The notes below the pieces were generated by a model. It was not told where the DNA came from, did not search any database, and worked only from the letters and a program-made list of their open reading frames with translations. Shown piece after piece: positions 49,469-60,144 of a DNA stretch of 64,000 nt (the first letter of the stretch is position 1; each line of letters opens with the position of its first letter). Position numbers and translations under genes: made by a program. Source of the DNA: Bacteroidota bacterium (GTDB taxonomy: Bacteria; Bacteroidota; Bacteroidia; 2-12-FULL-35-15); NCBI GenBank assembly GCA_947476185.1, contig CANJPX010000008.1, positions 5,693 through 69,692 on the forward strand. Direction: 5' to 3'.

Positions 49469-50560
49469 ATGCAAAAACAAAAGCGAATATTAATTTGCCC
49501 TTTGGATTGGGGATTAGGACATGCTACCCGCTGCATTCCAATTATTCGTTTATTAATAAAAAAAGGTGCTGAAGTTATTATCGCTACAGATGCCGGCCCG
49601 CTCGCGCTCTTGAGATCAGAATTCCCTAGGCTCAAATTCATCCAACTAAAAGGATATAATATTAAATATCCCAGAACAGGATCAATGGCATTTAGTATGT
49701 TATTATCGATTCCAAAAATTGTAAAAGGGATAAAAGAGGAGCAGCTACAATTGGATAAAATAATTGATGAACACAAGATAGATGTCGTGCTTTCCGATAA
49801 CCGTTATGGCTGCTGGAATAAAAAAGTAAAAAGCATTTTTATCACGCATCAGTTAATGATAAAAGCTCCAATTGCAGAAGGCTTTTTGCATAATAAAGTA
49901 TTAAAATATATTAGTAATTATGACGAGTGCTGGGTTCCAGATCTTGATGGATCGGAAAATTTATCAGGAGACCTTGCCCATAAATATCCTCTTCCAAAAA
50001 ATACATTTTTTATAGAACCATTATCGAGGTTTCATCTCTCCGCTGAGTTTATCAAAAGCGAAGTTGAGGAAGTTGAAACGACAAAAAAACAGGCTGTAAT
50101 GGCAATCATTTCAGGTCCTGAACCACAGCGGAGCATTTTTGAAAAATTAGTTATTGAGCAATTAAAATCATCGCCATTCAAAGCACTTGTTGTTAGAGGA
50201 AAAGCTGATCACGAAGAAAAAACAGAAACAATAAATAACATCACGATCGTTTCACATCTGAAAGCAAAAGAAATGCAGACCGCTATCGAGGATTCTGAAA
50301 TTATCCTTTCCAGAAGTGGCTATTCGACGATCATGGATCTGGCTTCCCTAGGTAAAAAAGCTATTTTTATTCCTACACCCGGACAAACAGAACAAGAATA
50401 TCTGGCGAAATTATGTATGGAAAATGGGGTTGCATTTTCACACGTTCAAACATCTTTTAATTTGAAAAATGCATTGGAAGCATCAAAAAAATATAAAGGC
50501 TTTAAGATCTTAGAAAACAAAAACGAATTAGAAAAGAGAATTGATCTGTTACTTATTTAG
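49469..50560 (+). CDS. GT-B glycosyltransferase (GT28-like C-terminal domain)
   Basis: PLDWGLGHATR, SGPEPQR, SRSGYSTIMDL, PTPGQTEQEYLA. Confidence 0.88.
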   Translation: MQKQKRILICPLDWGLGHATRCIPIIRLLIKKGAEVIIATDAGPLALLRSEFPRLKFIQLKGYNIKYPRTGSMAFSMLLSIPKIVKGIKEEQLQLDKIIDEHKIDVVLSDNRYGCWNKKVKSIFITHQLMIKAPIAEGFLHNKVLKYISNYDECWVPDLDGSENLSGDLAHKYPLPKNTFFIEPLSRFHLSAEFIKSEVEEVETTKKQAVMAIISGPEPQRSIFEKLVIEQLKSSPFKALVVRGKADHEEKTETINNITIVSHLKAKEMQTAIEDSEIILSRSGYSTIMDLASLGKKAIFIPTPGQTEQEYLAKLCMENGVAFSHVQTSFNLKNALEASKKYKGFKILENKNELEKRIDLLLI

Positions 50561-51565
50561 GTCCTTCAAATAAAGAGAACAGGTATCTGTGATCGCTTGG
50601 GAAAGAGGAATAAATTTATGATCAGGAAAAGCTTTCAATATTTTCTGATTGGAGAAACTACTTTTCCTGCCGGCAGATTGGGATGTTTCTTTGGTAATTA
50701 AAGGAGCTGTTCCCATAAAAAAGGCTCTCAACATTTCTGCTCTCCAGGCAAATCCTGTTAAAAATTTCCCTGCATTGATACTTGATTTTGGTTTTCCAAA
50801 AGCATCATGGATCAGATCAAAAAAATGACGGAAAGAGGCATTTTCAGAACATAATAAGAACCTCTGATTTTTATTATCACTTTCCATTAATTTTATCATC
50901 AAGGCTGCAACATCACGCACATCAACAAAACCGGTTGATCCAGCCGAATAGTATCTCAATCCTTCATACCCTTTAGAAAACATATTGGAACTGCTTTGCG
51001 TCCAATTACCACCACCAACGATCAAAGAAGGATTTACTATTACAACCTCTAAACCTTCTTCGGAGGCTCTCCAAACTTCGCGTTCAGCACCATATTTACT
51101 TACAGAATAATTAGAATTTTCGGGAGAAGATTTCCAAAATGTTTCCTCCGTTGTCAAACCGCCTCTTTCTGCTCTACCTAACGATGCGATCGAACTTACA
51201 TGACAAAACTTTTTGACACCCTTTTCCAAGGCTGCATTTACCATATTTGCAGTTCCCTCGATATTTATTTTCATCATTTCTGCCTCATTTTTCTTTTCAA
51301 AAGAAACCATTGCAGCACAATGATATACCTCAGTAATATCATTCATTGCATCCATCAATGAATAAACATCATATAGATCCGCATCGACCCATTCAATGTT
51401 TTTTAAAAGTGCATCAGCATCGGAAGTGTAATAGGAAAAAACTTTTTTTACATTCGACAAATTGCTCTTCTCACGTTTAATAACACGCACTTTTTTACCC
51501 GACCTTGTGAGGTCGTATAATAAATGTGTACCCACCAATCCCGTTCCACCTGTTACTAGAATCAT
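50549..51565 (-). CDS. NAD-dependent epimerase/dehydratase (extended SDR)
   Basis: [22 protein letters not shown] catalytic YxxxK. Confidence 0.9.
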   Translation of the reverse strand: MILVTGGTGLVGTHLLYDLTRSGKKVRVIKREKSNLSNVKKVFSYYTSDADALLKNIEWVDADLYDVYSLMDAMNDITEVYHCAAMVSFEKKNEAEMMKINIEGTANMVNAALEKGVKKFCHVSSIASLGRAERGGLTTEETFWKSSPENSNYSVSKYGAEREVWRASEEGLEVVIVNPSLIVGGGNWTQSSSNMFSKGYEGLRYYSAGSTGFVDVRDVAALMIKLMESDNKNQRFLLCSENASFRHFFDLIHDAFGKPKSSINAGKFLTGFAWRAEMLRAFFMGTAPLITKETSQSAGRKSSFSNQKILKAFPDHKFIPLSQAITDTCSLYLKDLNK

Positions 51566-51632
51566 GCTGCAAATTTACTCATTTAAATTAGACTGGATTT
51601 ATAGTATATTTGTTCTTTGTAAAAATTTAAAA

Positions 51633-52922
51633 ATGAAAAAGAATTTTGTTGAAGAACTAAAGTGGCGGGGTATGCTTCAGGATATTATGCCCGGAACAGA
51701 AGATCTGTTGAATAAAGAGATGGTAACAGGGTATATAGGTTTTGACCCAACCTCCGACTCATTAGGCATCGGGAATATGGTACAAATAATGACCCTTTTG
51801 CATTTTCAACAAGCAGGACATAAACCTATCGCATTGGTTGGTGGTGCTACAGGTATGGTTGGTGACCCCTCCGGAAAATCTGCGGAACGTAATTTATTGG
51901 ATGAAACAACTTTGAATCACAACATTATATGCCAGAAAAAACAATTAGAGAAATTTTTAGATTTTAACTGTGGTGCAAATGCTGCAGAAATAGTAAATAA
52001 TTACGATTGGTTCAAAGGATTCAGCTTTTTAGAATTTATCAGAGATGTAGGAAAGCACATTTCTGTGAATTATATGATGGCAAAAGATTCTGTCAAGAAT
52101 CGCCTTGAAAATGGAATGAGCTTTACAGAATTCAGTTACCAACTGGTGCAGGGATACGATTTCTATTATTTATGGAAAAATAAAGGGATCAAACTTCAGA
52201 TGGGCGGCTCAGACCAATGGGGAAATATTGTTACCGGAACCGAATTGATCAGAAGAAAAGCAAGCGGAGAAGCGTTTGCAATCACTACTCCACTGATCAA
52301 AAAAGCAGACGGAACAAAATTTGGAAAAACAGAGGGTGGAAATGTTTGGTTGGACCGAGCTAAAACTTCCCCTTACAAATTTTATCAATTTTGGCTGAAT
52401 GCAAGTGATGATGACGCCAAAACCTATATTCGCATTTTCACTTTATTTACAAAAGAAGAAATTGAAAAATTAGAAGCAGAGCACACTGCGGCTCCACATC
52501 TTCGTGCCTTACAAAAAGCTTTGGCGAAGGATATTACAATACGTGTACATTCCGAAGATGATTATAAAAATGCAATTGCTGCTTCTGAAATATTTTTTGG
52601 GAAAGGAACATTGGAAGATTTAAAAACGGTTTCCTCAATGGCTGATTTCCATGATATAATGATTGATGTACCAACTTTTAATGTTGGTAAAAATGATATT
52701 ATTAATAGGATAAACGTTATAGAACTTCTTGCCGAAAAAACAAAAGTATTCTCTTCTAAAAATGAAGCGAAAAAATTAATCCAAGGAGGAGGATTATCTA
52801 TAAATATGAGCAAAGTATTGGATGTTGAAATGCTAATTGACACAACATTTTTATTACCAAATGATTACATCTTAATTAGAAAAGGCAAAAAGGAATATAT
52901 AAAACTAAATGTACAATCTTAA
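51633..52922 (+). CDS. tyrS: Tyrosine-tRNA ligase
   Basis: [49 protein letters not shown]-terminal S4; start at MKKNFV after TATATTTG (51605-51612). Confidence 0.96.
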   Translation: MKKNFVEELKWRGMLQDIMPGTEDLLNKEMVTGYIGFDPTSDSLGIGNMVQIMTLLHFQQAGHKPIALVGGATGMVGDPSGKSAERNLLDETTLNHNIICQKKQLEKFLDFNCGANAAEIVNNYDWFKGFSFLEFIRDVGKHISVNYMMAKDSVKNRLENGMSFTEFSYQLVQGYDFYYLWKNKGIKLQMGGSDQWGNIVTGTELIRRKASGEAFAITTPLIKKADGTKFGKTEGGNVWLDRAKTSPYKFYQFWLNASDDDAKTYIRIFTLFTKEEIEKLEAEHTAAPHLRALQKALAKDITIRVHSEDDYKNAIAASEIFFGKGTLEDLKTVSSMADFHDIMIDVPTFNVGKNDIINRINVIELLAEKTKVFSSKNEAKKLIQGGGLSINMSKVLDVEMLIDTTFLLPNDYILIRKGKKEYIKLNVQS

Positions 52923-52978
52923 CGTTCCACAGCTTTTATAGTCCAATTTAGCTTTTTTAGCGATGTTCTTTTAGGTGT

Positions 52979-53051
52979 CGTCATTGCGAGGAACGAAGCA
53001 ATCTATAAATAATGCTTTCCCGATGAGATTGCTTCGTTCCTCGCAATGACG
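52979..53051. repeat. REP-like doublet: perfect 26-bp inverted repeat with 21-bp spacer
   Basis: CGTCATTGCGAGGAACGAAGCAATCT (52979-53004) and its exact reverse complement (53026-53051). Confidence 0.92.
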
Positions 53052-53124
53052 TCATCAACGAAACCATTTTTAGAAACTGAAAGTCGTGCACTGAATTGCA
53101 TAGTTTCAAAAACGAACTGAAACA

Positions 53125-53424
53125 ATGAAACGAGGGGGCGCTGTATACATTCTAACAAATTTTGCAAAAACAACTCTTTATGTTGGAGTTACATCTAATT
53201 TAAAGAAACGAGTGTGGGAACATAAAAATTTCATTTTTCCTGAATCATTTACATCAAAATTTAAACTTACTTATTTAGTTTACTATGAAGGATTTCACAG
53301 GATTGAAGATGCTATTGGCAGAGAAAAACAAATCAAAGGAGGTTCAAGAAAACAAAAAGAAGATTTAATAAATTCTATAAATTCAGATTGGAAAGATTTA
53401 TACAATTGTATATTAGAATGGTGA
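53125..53424 (+). CDS. Stand-alone GIY-YIG nuclease (YhbQ/UPF0213-like)
   Basis: VYIL...LYVGVT, conserved R (KRVWEH), E (AIGREKQIK), C-terminal N..WKDL. Confidence 0.92.
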   Translation: MKRGGAVYILTNFAKTTLYVGVTSNLKKRVWEHKNFIFPESFTSKFKLTYLVYYEGFHRIEDAIGREKQIKGGSRKQKEDLINSINSDWKDLYNCILEW

Positions 53425-53427
53425 AAA

Positions 53428-53466
53428 TTATTGCGAAAGACTGCTTCGTTCCTCGCAATGACGTCA
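53428..53466. repeat. Third REP copy downstream of the nuclease, with a truncated partner arm
   Basis: 53438-53466 matches 53026-53054 at 28/29 nt (direct repeat); TTATTGCGA at 53428-53436 resembles a remnant left arm. Confidence 0.88.
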
Positions 53467-53504
53467 CTAATACTATTTTTTTTGATTTTAATTAATTAAA
53501 TAAT

Positions 53505-54569
53505 CTACTGCACCAATAAATTACAGCCACGGATATCACTATTATCAAATCGTCCGAGAATTTCGAATGAATTATCGGAATGAACTTTCCCAAGATCTTG
53601 CGTGGCAATAAAGGAACAGGAATTAATATTTGCCAGATCGATCACATTTATTCCTCCCGTTTTATTTGGAGGTAAAAATGAAAACGGATCATTTGTATCC
53701 CGGATACGTATTTTCATCCATGGCGGACAATTAAATACTCCATTTCCGCTTGAGTAAGCTTGTGATAATAATTCGGTCATTCCATATTCACTGTGAATCG
53801 AATCCACACCCAATCCTTTGCACAGGATAGCATGTAACTCTTCCCTTACCATTTCTTTCCGTTTCCCTTTCATACCACCTGTTTCCATCACAATGAGGTT
53901 TTTTAAATTCTCCTCGTCGCTTTTATAAATTAAAGATTTTTCTGCCAGATCCAACAAGGCGTATGTGACACCAATTAAAATAGTTTTTTGTCCGCTTTCC
54001 AACAATGCTTTTAATTTTAAGGTCAATTCATCATAATTATTCAGATAAAAACCGCTATCCGCATTTTTCGACCGTTTGATCAGATCTTCTGCCATATATA
54101 TTAATGACGAACCTTCTCGTTCCAGATAAGAAGGCAGCAAAGCCAGGATGCAGTACTCTTCAATATTTCCGTAAAATAATTCGAAACCTTTCAAATAACT
54201 TTTTTCATAAACTGAAACATCTGAAACAAAATGTTTGCTTTGGATACTTCCTGTTGTTCCGCTACTAGTAAACAGGATCGGGTTTAGGGTTTTTCCATCC
54301 GATTTGCATTGAACCTGATGACTTTTAAAAAATTCTATAGGCAAAAATGGAATTTGTCCGATTTCTGTGATATTATCGGGGTCCTGTCCCAATACCTCAA
54401 TATACTTGCGATACACCACGTTTGCAACCGATTGGTACTTAAAAACTGACAATGCCAGCTCCCGGAATGCAGGCTCAGAATTTATCTTAAAAACACTATC
54501 AATTAAAGGTTTCAAATGGGAAAATATAATAATTAAGACGATAAAGCGTTTTGCTATTGCTTTGAGCAA
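53505..54569 (-). CDS. LuxE-like acyl-protein synthetase/acyl transferase
   Basis: IPFLPIEFFK, FTSSGTTG, METGGMKG, SEYGMTELLSQAY, TQDLG, GRFD..RGC; start uncertain. Confidence 0.85.
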   Translation of the reverse strand: MLKAIAKRFIVLIIIFSHLKPLIDSVFKINSEPAFRELALSVFKYQSVANVVYRKYIEVLGQDPDNITEIGQIPFLPIEFFKSHQVQCKSDGKTLNPILFTSSGTTGSIQSKHFVSDVSVYEKSYLKGFELFYGNIEEYCILALLPSYLEREGSSLIYMAEDLIKRSKNADSGFYLNNYDELTLKLKALLESGQKTILIGVTYALLDLAEKSLIYKSDEENLKNLIVMETGGMKGKRKEMVREELHAILCKGLGVDSIHSEYGMTELLSQAYSSGNGVFNCPPWMKIRIRDTNDPFSFLPPNKTGGINVIDLANINSCSFIATQDLGKVHSDNSFEILGRFDNSDIRGCNLLVQ

Positions 54570-54603
54570 AAATAATTATTAATTTTATGTATCGATTAAA
54601 AAA

Positions 54604-55104
54604 ATGAAGAACCTAAAATACATAGCTATTTCCATAGTGCTGAGTTCAGTTATTTTGTCCTCTTGTGTAAAGGAAAAAAATTTCCCTTCCACCCCATCGA
54701 TAGAATTTCTATACTATTCCGCATACAGCAATGATTCTGCCGATTGTGTTATCTCATTTAAGGACGGAGATGGAGATATCGGAATTTTGCCCGAAGATTC
54801 TTCTTCTCCAAATGATTTCAGATTAAAATACCTGTATAAAGACCTGACTGACGGTACCTTCAAACCTTTTGACGAATTCCCGGGAACACCTGCAATGGAT
54901 ACTTTAATTTATTCTTATAGAGTTCCGAACTTGACACCGGATGGGCAATATAAAGCATTGGATGGAGAAATAAGAGCCAAACTAAGGGCAGCGCCTATCT
55001 ATTACCCCTTGCATACGATCGTGAAATTTGAAATAAAATTACGTGACAGGGCGGGACATTGGAGCAATACAGTTACCACAAATGAAATAACAGTAACTCC
55101 GTAA
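54604..55104 (+). CDS. Hypothetical lipoprotein
   Basis: Lipobox LSSC; F.DGDGDIG and DRAG.WSN motifs. Confidence 0.75.
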   Translation: MKNLKYIAISIVLSSVILSSCVKEKNFPSTPSIEFLYYSAYSNDSADCVISFKDGDGDIGILPEDSSSPNDFRLKYLYKDLTDGTFKPFDEFPGTPAMDTLIYSYRVPNLTPDGQYKALDGEIRAKLRAAPIYYPLHTIVKFEIKLRDRAGHWSNTVTTNEITVTP

Positions 55105-55108
55105 AAAT

Positions 55109-55157
55109 ATCTTAAAAAAACGGGTGCAATAATAATTGCACCCGTTTTTTTTAAGAT
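55109..55157. terminator. Bidirectional intrinsic terminator
   Basis: A7-CGGGTGCAAT-AATA-ATTGCACCCG-T8 between convergent genes. Confidence 0.85.
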
Positions 55158-55166
55158 CAATAATTT

Positions 55167-56819
55167 CTATAGAAACAAGCTAAATATCCAATAGAAAAGA
55201 GCTCCTAATAACCCACTGATAGGAATCGTAAGTATCCAGGCCCATAATAAGCTAACCGTTATTCCCCACTTTACAGCACCAATCCCTTTAGTAACTCCAA
55301 CACCAATAATTGCTCCTGTAATTGTATGAGTAGTTGAAACAGGAATTCCCATTTGCTCTGTCAAAAACAAGGTTGTTGCTCCGGCAGTTTCAGCACAAAC
55401 ACCTTCCAACGGAGTAACCTTAGTAATTTTTGTTCCCATTGTTTTCACAATTTTCCATCCACCACTAAGAGTTCCAAGACCAATTGCTACATAACAAGAC
55501 AGCGGCACCCAATCCGGCATAGATTTTATATCTACGATACTTCCATTTGCAACCAATGCTGCTGCAATAATACCCATTACTTTTTGTGCATCATTTCCAC
55601 CGTGCCCTATACTGAAAGCTGCGGAGGAAAGTAGTTGAGAACGTTTAAATGAATTTGAAGTTCTTGTTGCAGTAGGTGTTTTAATTTTCTCATTATAAAT
55701 AAACATAAAAGCAAAAATACACAAAGCGCCAACCAGTCCCCAACGAACAATCTTATTGTCTGCCTTATCCAACTCTTTTATTAAATCAGCTTTTATATCA
55801 ATTTTCATTGCCTTTTTAAAATCCTTAATTTTATCGGGGCTAAATGGATATTTTGCATTCATAGCATCAACTAATCCTTCAGGTCCAAGTTCAAAATACT
55901 TTTTAGTAATTGGCTTTAAGCTATCAATAATTGCCTGTGTTGCGAGGTATTCTTCCTTTAAAGTTGGGTCAATTTTAGATCTGTTTTTTAGTTGATCAAT
56001 TTTAAAATATGTTTTTAATTTATCCCCCAATTTACTTATGGTGATCTCCTTTAGATCAACATTTTTTGAAATATCATTTGCAACATATTCAGAACCGAGG
56101 TATTCATAATTAGAGAGATATGGAACACATAATGCGGCGCTTTCCTTTGCTTTTAAAAGTTTTTTAAATTGTGTAGAATCATGTTTAATATTAACCTCAT
56201 AGGAGTATTTGTCTACTTTAAAAAACTTGTTTACACTCTCAGACAATTTATTCTCTTGAAATCCAATGAATAAATAAAATAATGTCCCTGCAGCGGAAAG
56301 CAAAATTCCAACTTTTAACCATGTCCTATTCTGAATAAAAATAAGCGTAAAGAAAATCGAGATTGCCATACCAATTAGTGGGGCAAGGAGTATAAACATC
56401 AATGTCTTTCCTATTTTATCACTATCGATAATTTCACTAATTGGCATCATTCCCTTACTCAAAAAGGCATATGCAATTGCTGAACCGGCAAATCCTCCAA
56501 TCAGAGTATGTGAAGATGATGAAGGAATACCATACCACCATGTGAGTAAATTCCAGATAATTGCAGCAATTAATCCGCTGCAGATAACCGGTAACGAAAT
56601 AAAATCGGCATAAACTGTTTTTCCAATTGTATTTGCAACAGCATGATCCTTAAAAATCAGGAAGGCAACACAATTAAAAAATGCCGCCCATAAAACTGCC
56701 TGAAATGGTGTTAACACCTTAGTTGAAACAATTGTTGCAATTGAATTTGCGGCATCATGAAAACCGTTAATAAAATCGAATATAAGGGCAAGCGCTATAA
56801 CTATAACAAGTAAACTCAT
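55167..56819 (-). CDS. pit: PiT-family inorganic phosphate transporter with a large central insertion
   Basis: NGFHDAANSIAT, GIPSSSSH, HGGNDAQK, GIPVSTTH signatures. Confidence 0.92.
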   Translation of the reverse strand: MSLLVIVIALALIFDFINGFHDAANSIATIVSTKVLTPFQAVLWAAFFNCVAFLIFKDHAVANTIGKTVYADFISLPVICSGLIAAIIWNLLTWWYGIPSSSSHTLIGGFAGSAIAYAFLSKGMMPISEIIDSDKIGKTLMFILLAPLIGMAISIFFTLIFIQNRTWLKVGILLSAAGTLFYLFIGFQENKLSESVNKFFKVDKYSYEVNIKHDSTQFKKLLKAKESAALCVPYLSNYEYLGSEYVANDISKNVDLKEITISKLGDKLKTYFKIDQLKNRSKIDPTLKEEYLATQAIIDSLKPITKKYFELGPEGLVDAMNAKYPFSPDKIKDFKKAMKIDIKADLIKELDKADNKIVRWGLVGALCIFAFMFIYNEKIKTPTATRTSNSFKRSQLLSSAAFSIGHGGNDAQKVMGIIAAALVANGSIVDIKSMPDWVPLSCYVAIGLGTLSGGWKIVKTMGTKITKVTPLEGVCAETAGATTLFLTEQMGIPVSTTHTITGAIIGVGVTKGIGAVKWGITVSLLWAWILTIPISGLLGALFYWIFSLFL

Positions 56820-56862
56820 TGTATAATAATTTTAGGAATAAAAAAATTTAAAGATCAAATTT

Positions 56863-57507
56863 CTAAGCGTTTTTGATTAAAATAGAATTAATCACGTCTG
56901 CTGCATCTTCACACTTATCTGTTGCTGTTTCCAACATTGAAAGAACATCTTTCATTTTAATAACCTCAACAGCATTTTTTTCTTCTTCAAATAGTTTAGC
57001 AATTGCCATGTCAAAAATATCATCCGCATGATTTTCAATGCTATTTATTCTTACAGTAGCTTCTTTTATTTTAGTAATATTTTTAAGGTTTCGCAATTCA
57101 ATTATAGCAACTTCCAATTCTTCAGCACCTTTTTGGATCAATTCTGCTAATTTGACAATTGCAGGAGTCATTTCCTCCACTTTATATAATTCCATTCTTT
57201 TAGATGCACCGTGAATAAAATCTACGATATCATCTACAGCGGAAACTAAATTATGAATATCATCACGATCAAAGGGTGTAATAAAATTCAAACTCAATTG
57301 ATTAAATGTTTCATGAGTAATTCCATCACCAACGTGCTCTAATCTTTCTATCTCACGATAAAGTTCTTTTCTTCTTTCTATAGAAGATGTTGTTACCAAC
57401 TCTACCATTACTTTAGAAGTAACCACGGCATTAGCTGCCGCTTTTTGAAAAAGAAGAAAGAAAATTTTATCTTTTGGCTGGAAAAATTGAAAAATGTTTA
57501 AGTTCAT
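56863..57507 (-). CDS. DUF47 PhoU-like Pit accessory protein
   Basis: LEHVGD, FITPFDRDDI, IENHAD, LETATDKCED; directly upstream of pit. Confidence 0.9.
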   Translation of the reverse strand: MNLNIFQFFQPKDKIFFLLFQKAAANAVVTSKVMVELVTTSSIERRKELYREIERLEHVGDGITHETFNQLSLNFITPFDRDDIHNLVSAVDDIVDFIHGASKRMELYKVEEMTPAIVKLAELIQKGAEELEVAIIELRNLKNITKIKEATVRINSIENHADDIFDMAIAKLFEEEKNAVEVIKMKDVLSMLETATDKCEDAADVINSILIKNA

Positions 57508-57551
57508 TTTATTTAGATTTAAGAAGTTTCTATGTTAACTTAAGATTAACA

Positions 57552-57629
57552 CAAATGTAGAAGTGAAATTAGTGTCGCACTTGCAACTTTAATTAACATT
57601 AGGTTAACCTAATGTTAAGTTAATGTTAC
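57552..57629 (-). promoter_or_regulatory. DUF47-pit promoter: -7 motif plus Pho-box-like repeats
   Basis: TACATTTG (minus, 57552-57559); plus-strand GGTTAA 57602, TGTTAA 57613, TGTTAC 57624. Confidence 0.7.
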
Positions 57630-57662
57630 CCAAAAATGCAAGTCGCTTACAATCAAATACAT

Positions 57663-57697
57663 AAAAAAAAAGACCTTTTCAAATTAATGAAAAGGTC
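57663..57697 (-). terminator. Terminator after phoU
   Basis: GACCTTTTCA/TGAAAAGGTC stem followed by T9 on the minus strand. Confidence 0.75.
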
Positions 57698-57723
57698 CAA
57701 ATTTTTTTTCCTTGAATGGTCTA

Positions 57724-58398
57724 TTATTTATTTTTCTCGACCTTAGATCGATGTCTTAATACTTTAGCTTCAATATAAAAAATAATTTCTTCGGCCATAT
57801 TTTTTGCCTGATCTCCTACCCTTTCCAATTTTCTGATGATGGACAAAAGGTATAATGTTGCATCAATATTATCAGGATGATTTCTGATATAATCGGCAAT
57901 GATAGAGTTTGCTTTAATATTTATATCGTCTAATAATTCATCCTGTTGAAAAACTTTGCGTGCAATAGAAGTATCTTCTTTATCAAAAGCCTCCAAAACA
58001 GTTTCCATCATGTTATTTGCTGCGGCAAACATTTCAACAACCCTGGTGATCTCAAGCAATTTAGTGTCAAAATTACTATCCACGTTCAAAACAAATTTTG
58101 CTATTCCTTCTACATAATCGCCAATACGCTCCAAATTATTATTGATCTTCAATACAGCCAAAACAAATCTAAGATCAACTGCTAAGGGATTAAAAAGAGC
58201 AAAAATATTTTCACAGTCTCTGTCCAGTTTCAGCTCATACGCATTTACACGTCTTTCACTTAAGATCACTTCACGCGCCAGATCTTTGTCAAGATTTAAT
58301 AGCGATTCTTTGCCTTTTGTCAGCTGCAAATTTACCAGCAACCACATTTTCATGGTTTCTGCTTTTAATTGTTGCAATTCAATGTCGAGGTGATTCAT
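57724..58398 (-). CDS. phoU: Phosphate signalling protein PhoU
   Basis: P.A.DLRF, LERIGD, LERVGDQAKN.AE. Confidence 0.95.
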   Translation of the reverse strand: MNHLDIELQQLKAETMKMWLLVNLQLTKGKESLLNLDKDLAREVILSERRVNAYELKLDRDCENIFALFNPLAVDLRFVLAVLKINNNLERIGDYVEGIAKFVLNVDSNFDTKLLEITRVVEMFAAANNMMETVLEAFDKEDTSIARKVFQQDELLDDINIKANSIIADYIRNHPDNIDATLYLLSIIRKLERVGDQAKNMAEEIIFYIEAKVLRHRSKVEKNK

Positions 58399-58504
58399 CT
58401 TAATTTGAAAATTTGAAAATGTGTTTATTTGTAAATGGAATGCGTGTCATTTTAATATTAAATATACTCTTTCCTGATTCTTAAGTCTGATCTAGTGATC
58501 CTGA

Positions 58505-59257
58505 TTAACCGAATCTTCCGGTAATATAATTTTGGGTGCGTTCAATTTTCGGATTTGTAAAAATAGTTTTTGTAGTATCGTGTTCGATCAATTCTCCCAT
58601 ATAAAAAAACGCAGTTGTATCACTCACACGCCCTGCTTGTTGCATATTATGCGTTACAATAACGATCGTATATTTTGTTTTTAATTCATAGATCAACTCT
58701 TCTACTTTAGCTGTAGAGATAGGATCCAAGGCTGAAGTGGGCTCATCCATCAAAACAACAGAAGGTTGAATTGCCAATGCCCGAGCAATACATAAACGTT
58801 GCTGCTGTCCTCCAGAAAGTTCAAAAGCGGATTTTTTTAATTTATCTTTTACTTCATCCCACAGTACCACTTGTTTGATCGTTGTTTCAACCCGTTCTTC
58901 AATCAACTTTTTATCAGTGATGCCGTTTACACGCAAACCGTATGCAACGTTTTCAAAAATGGTTTTAGGAAAAGGATTCGGTTTTTGAAAAACCATTCCC
59001 ACTTTCTTTCTAAGGCTATCCACATTTACTCCTTTGGCATAAATATCTTCTCCGTCGATCAATACTTGTCCTGCAATTTTTGTATTATCGATCAGGTCAT
59101 TCATTCTGTTGAATAATCTCAGATAAGTGGACTTACCACAACCTGAAGGACCAATTAAAGCGGTAACTGTATTTGGTTTAATGGCAATGTTAATATTTTT
59201 CAATGCTTGAGATGCACCATAAAAAAAATCAACATTTTTTGATTCTATCTTATACAT
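58505..59257 (-). CDS. pstB: Phosphate ABC transporter ATPase
   Basis: [33 protein letters not shown]. Confidence 0.97.
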   Translation of the reverse strand: MYKIESKNVDFFYGASQALKNINIAIKPNTVTALIGPSGCGKSTYLRLFNRMNDLIDNTKIAGQVLIDGEDIYAKGVNVDSLRKKVGMVFQKPNPFPKTIFENVAYGLRVNGITDKKLIEERVETTIKQVVLWDEVKDKLKKSAFELSGGQQQRLCIARALAIQPSVVLMDEPTSALDPISTAKVEELIYELKTKYTIVIVTHNMQQAGRVSDTTAFFYMGELIEHDTTKTIFTNPKIERTQNYITGRFG

Positions 59258-59259
59258 GT

Positions 59260-60144
59260 TTAGTTCATTTTAACTTTTTTGCCAAAATATTTACGCAAGC
59301 CATTTGCGAGTAAATTGGCAATTAATACAATAAAAATAAGCACCAATGCTGTACCATAAGCAATAGGTCTAGATTCTTCTATGTTCGTTCCACTCGTTGA
59401 AATAACATACAAGTGGTATGGTAATGCCATCGCCTGATCAAAAATACTTGTCGGTAATTTCGGTAAAAAATAGGCTGCAACAGTAAATAATATAGGCGCT
59501 GTTTCTCCGGATACTCTTCCAATAGAAAGAATTAATCCGGTAATGATGTTTGGAAAAGCAATTGGCAATACTACCCTGCGTGTTGTTTCCCATTTACTTG
59601 CTCCTAATCCTAAACTAGCTTGTCGGAATGTATTATCAACTGATTTTAATGCTTCTTCCGTAATACGGATAACAACAGGAAGCGCTAATAATCCTAAGGT
59701 AAGTGAGCCTGCCAAAAGAGAATCACCAAACCCCAATTTATTTACAAATAAGGACATACCAAATAAACCGAAAACAATTGAAGGAATACCTGCAAGATTA
59801 TTTGTCATCTGCTTTATTATTTTTTTGATGATCCCGTCTTTCACATATTCGTTCATATAAATTGCGGCAAAAACGCCAACCGGAAAAGCAAAAAGCATAC
59901 TTCCACCAACCAAACACAATGTACCAATTATAGCAGGGAAAATGCCTCCTTTGGTCATTCCTTCCTCGGGCATTTTCGTGATAAAATCCCAGCTGATCAC
60001 CGAAAATCCTTTAATGATAATAAAAGATAGAATAACAAAAAGTATCGCCACAACAGCATAACTAAGAATCCTGAAAATCCAAAATGCGATTGCCTGATTC
60101 CGCTTTTTGTTTTTTGCTAATTTATTTTCGTCTACCAATTCCAT
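59260..60144 (-). CDS. pstA: Phosphate ABC transporter permease PstA
   Basis: [32 protein letters not shown]. Confidence 0.95.
   Translation of the reverse strand: MELVDENKLAKNKKRNQAIAFWIFRILSYAVVAILFVILSFIIIKGFSVISWDFITKMPEEGMTKGGIFPAIIGTLCLVGGSMLFAFPVGVFAAIYMNEYVKDGIIKKIIKQMTNNLAGIPSIVFGLFGMSLFVNKLGFGDSLLAGSLTLGLLALPVVIRITEEALKSVDNTFRQASLGLGASKWETTRRVVLPIAFPNIITGLILSIGRVSGETAPILFTVAAYFLPKLPTSIFDQAMALPYHLYVISTSGTNIEESRPIAYGTALVLIFIVLIANLLANGLRKYFGKKVKMN

Noticed and set aside
51462..51632. N-terminal extension of TyrRS (likewise the extended starts of trmB, DPP IV, cytochrome c and ORF 39-551)
   Set aside because: Extensions overlap neighbouring genes or promoters, or precede the signal peptide; downstream ATGs give typical N-termini
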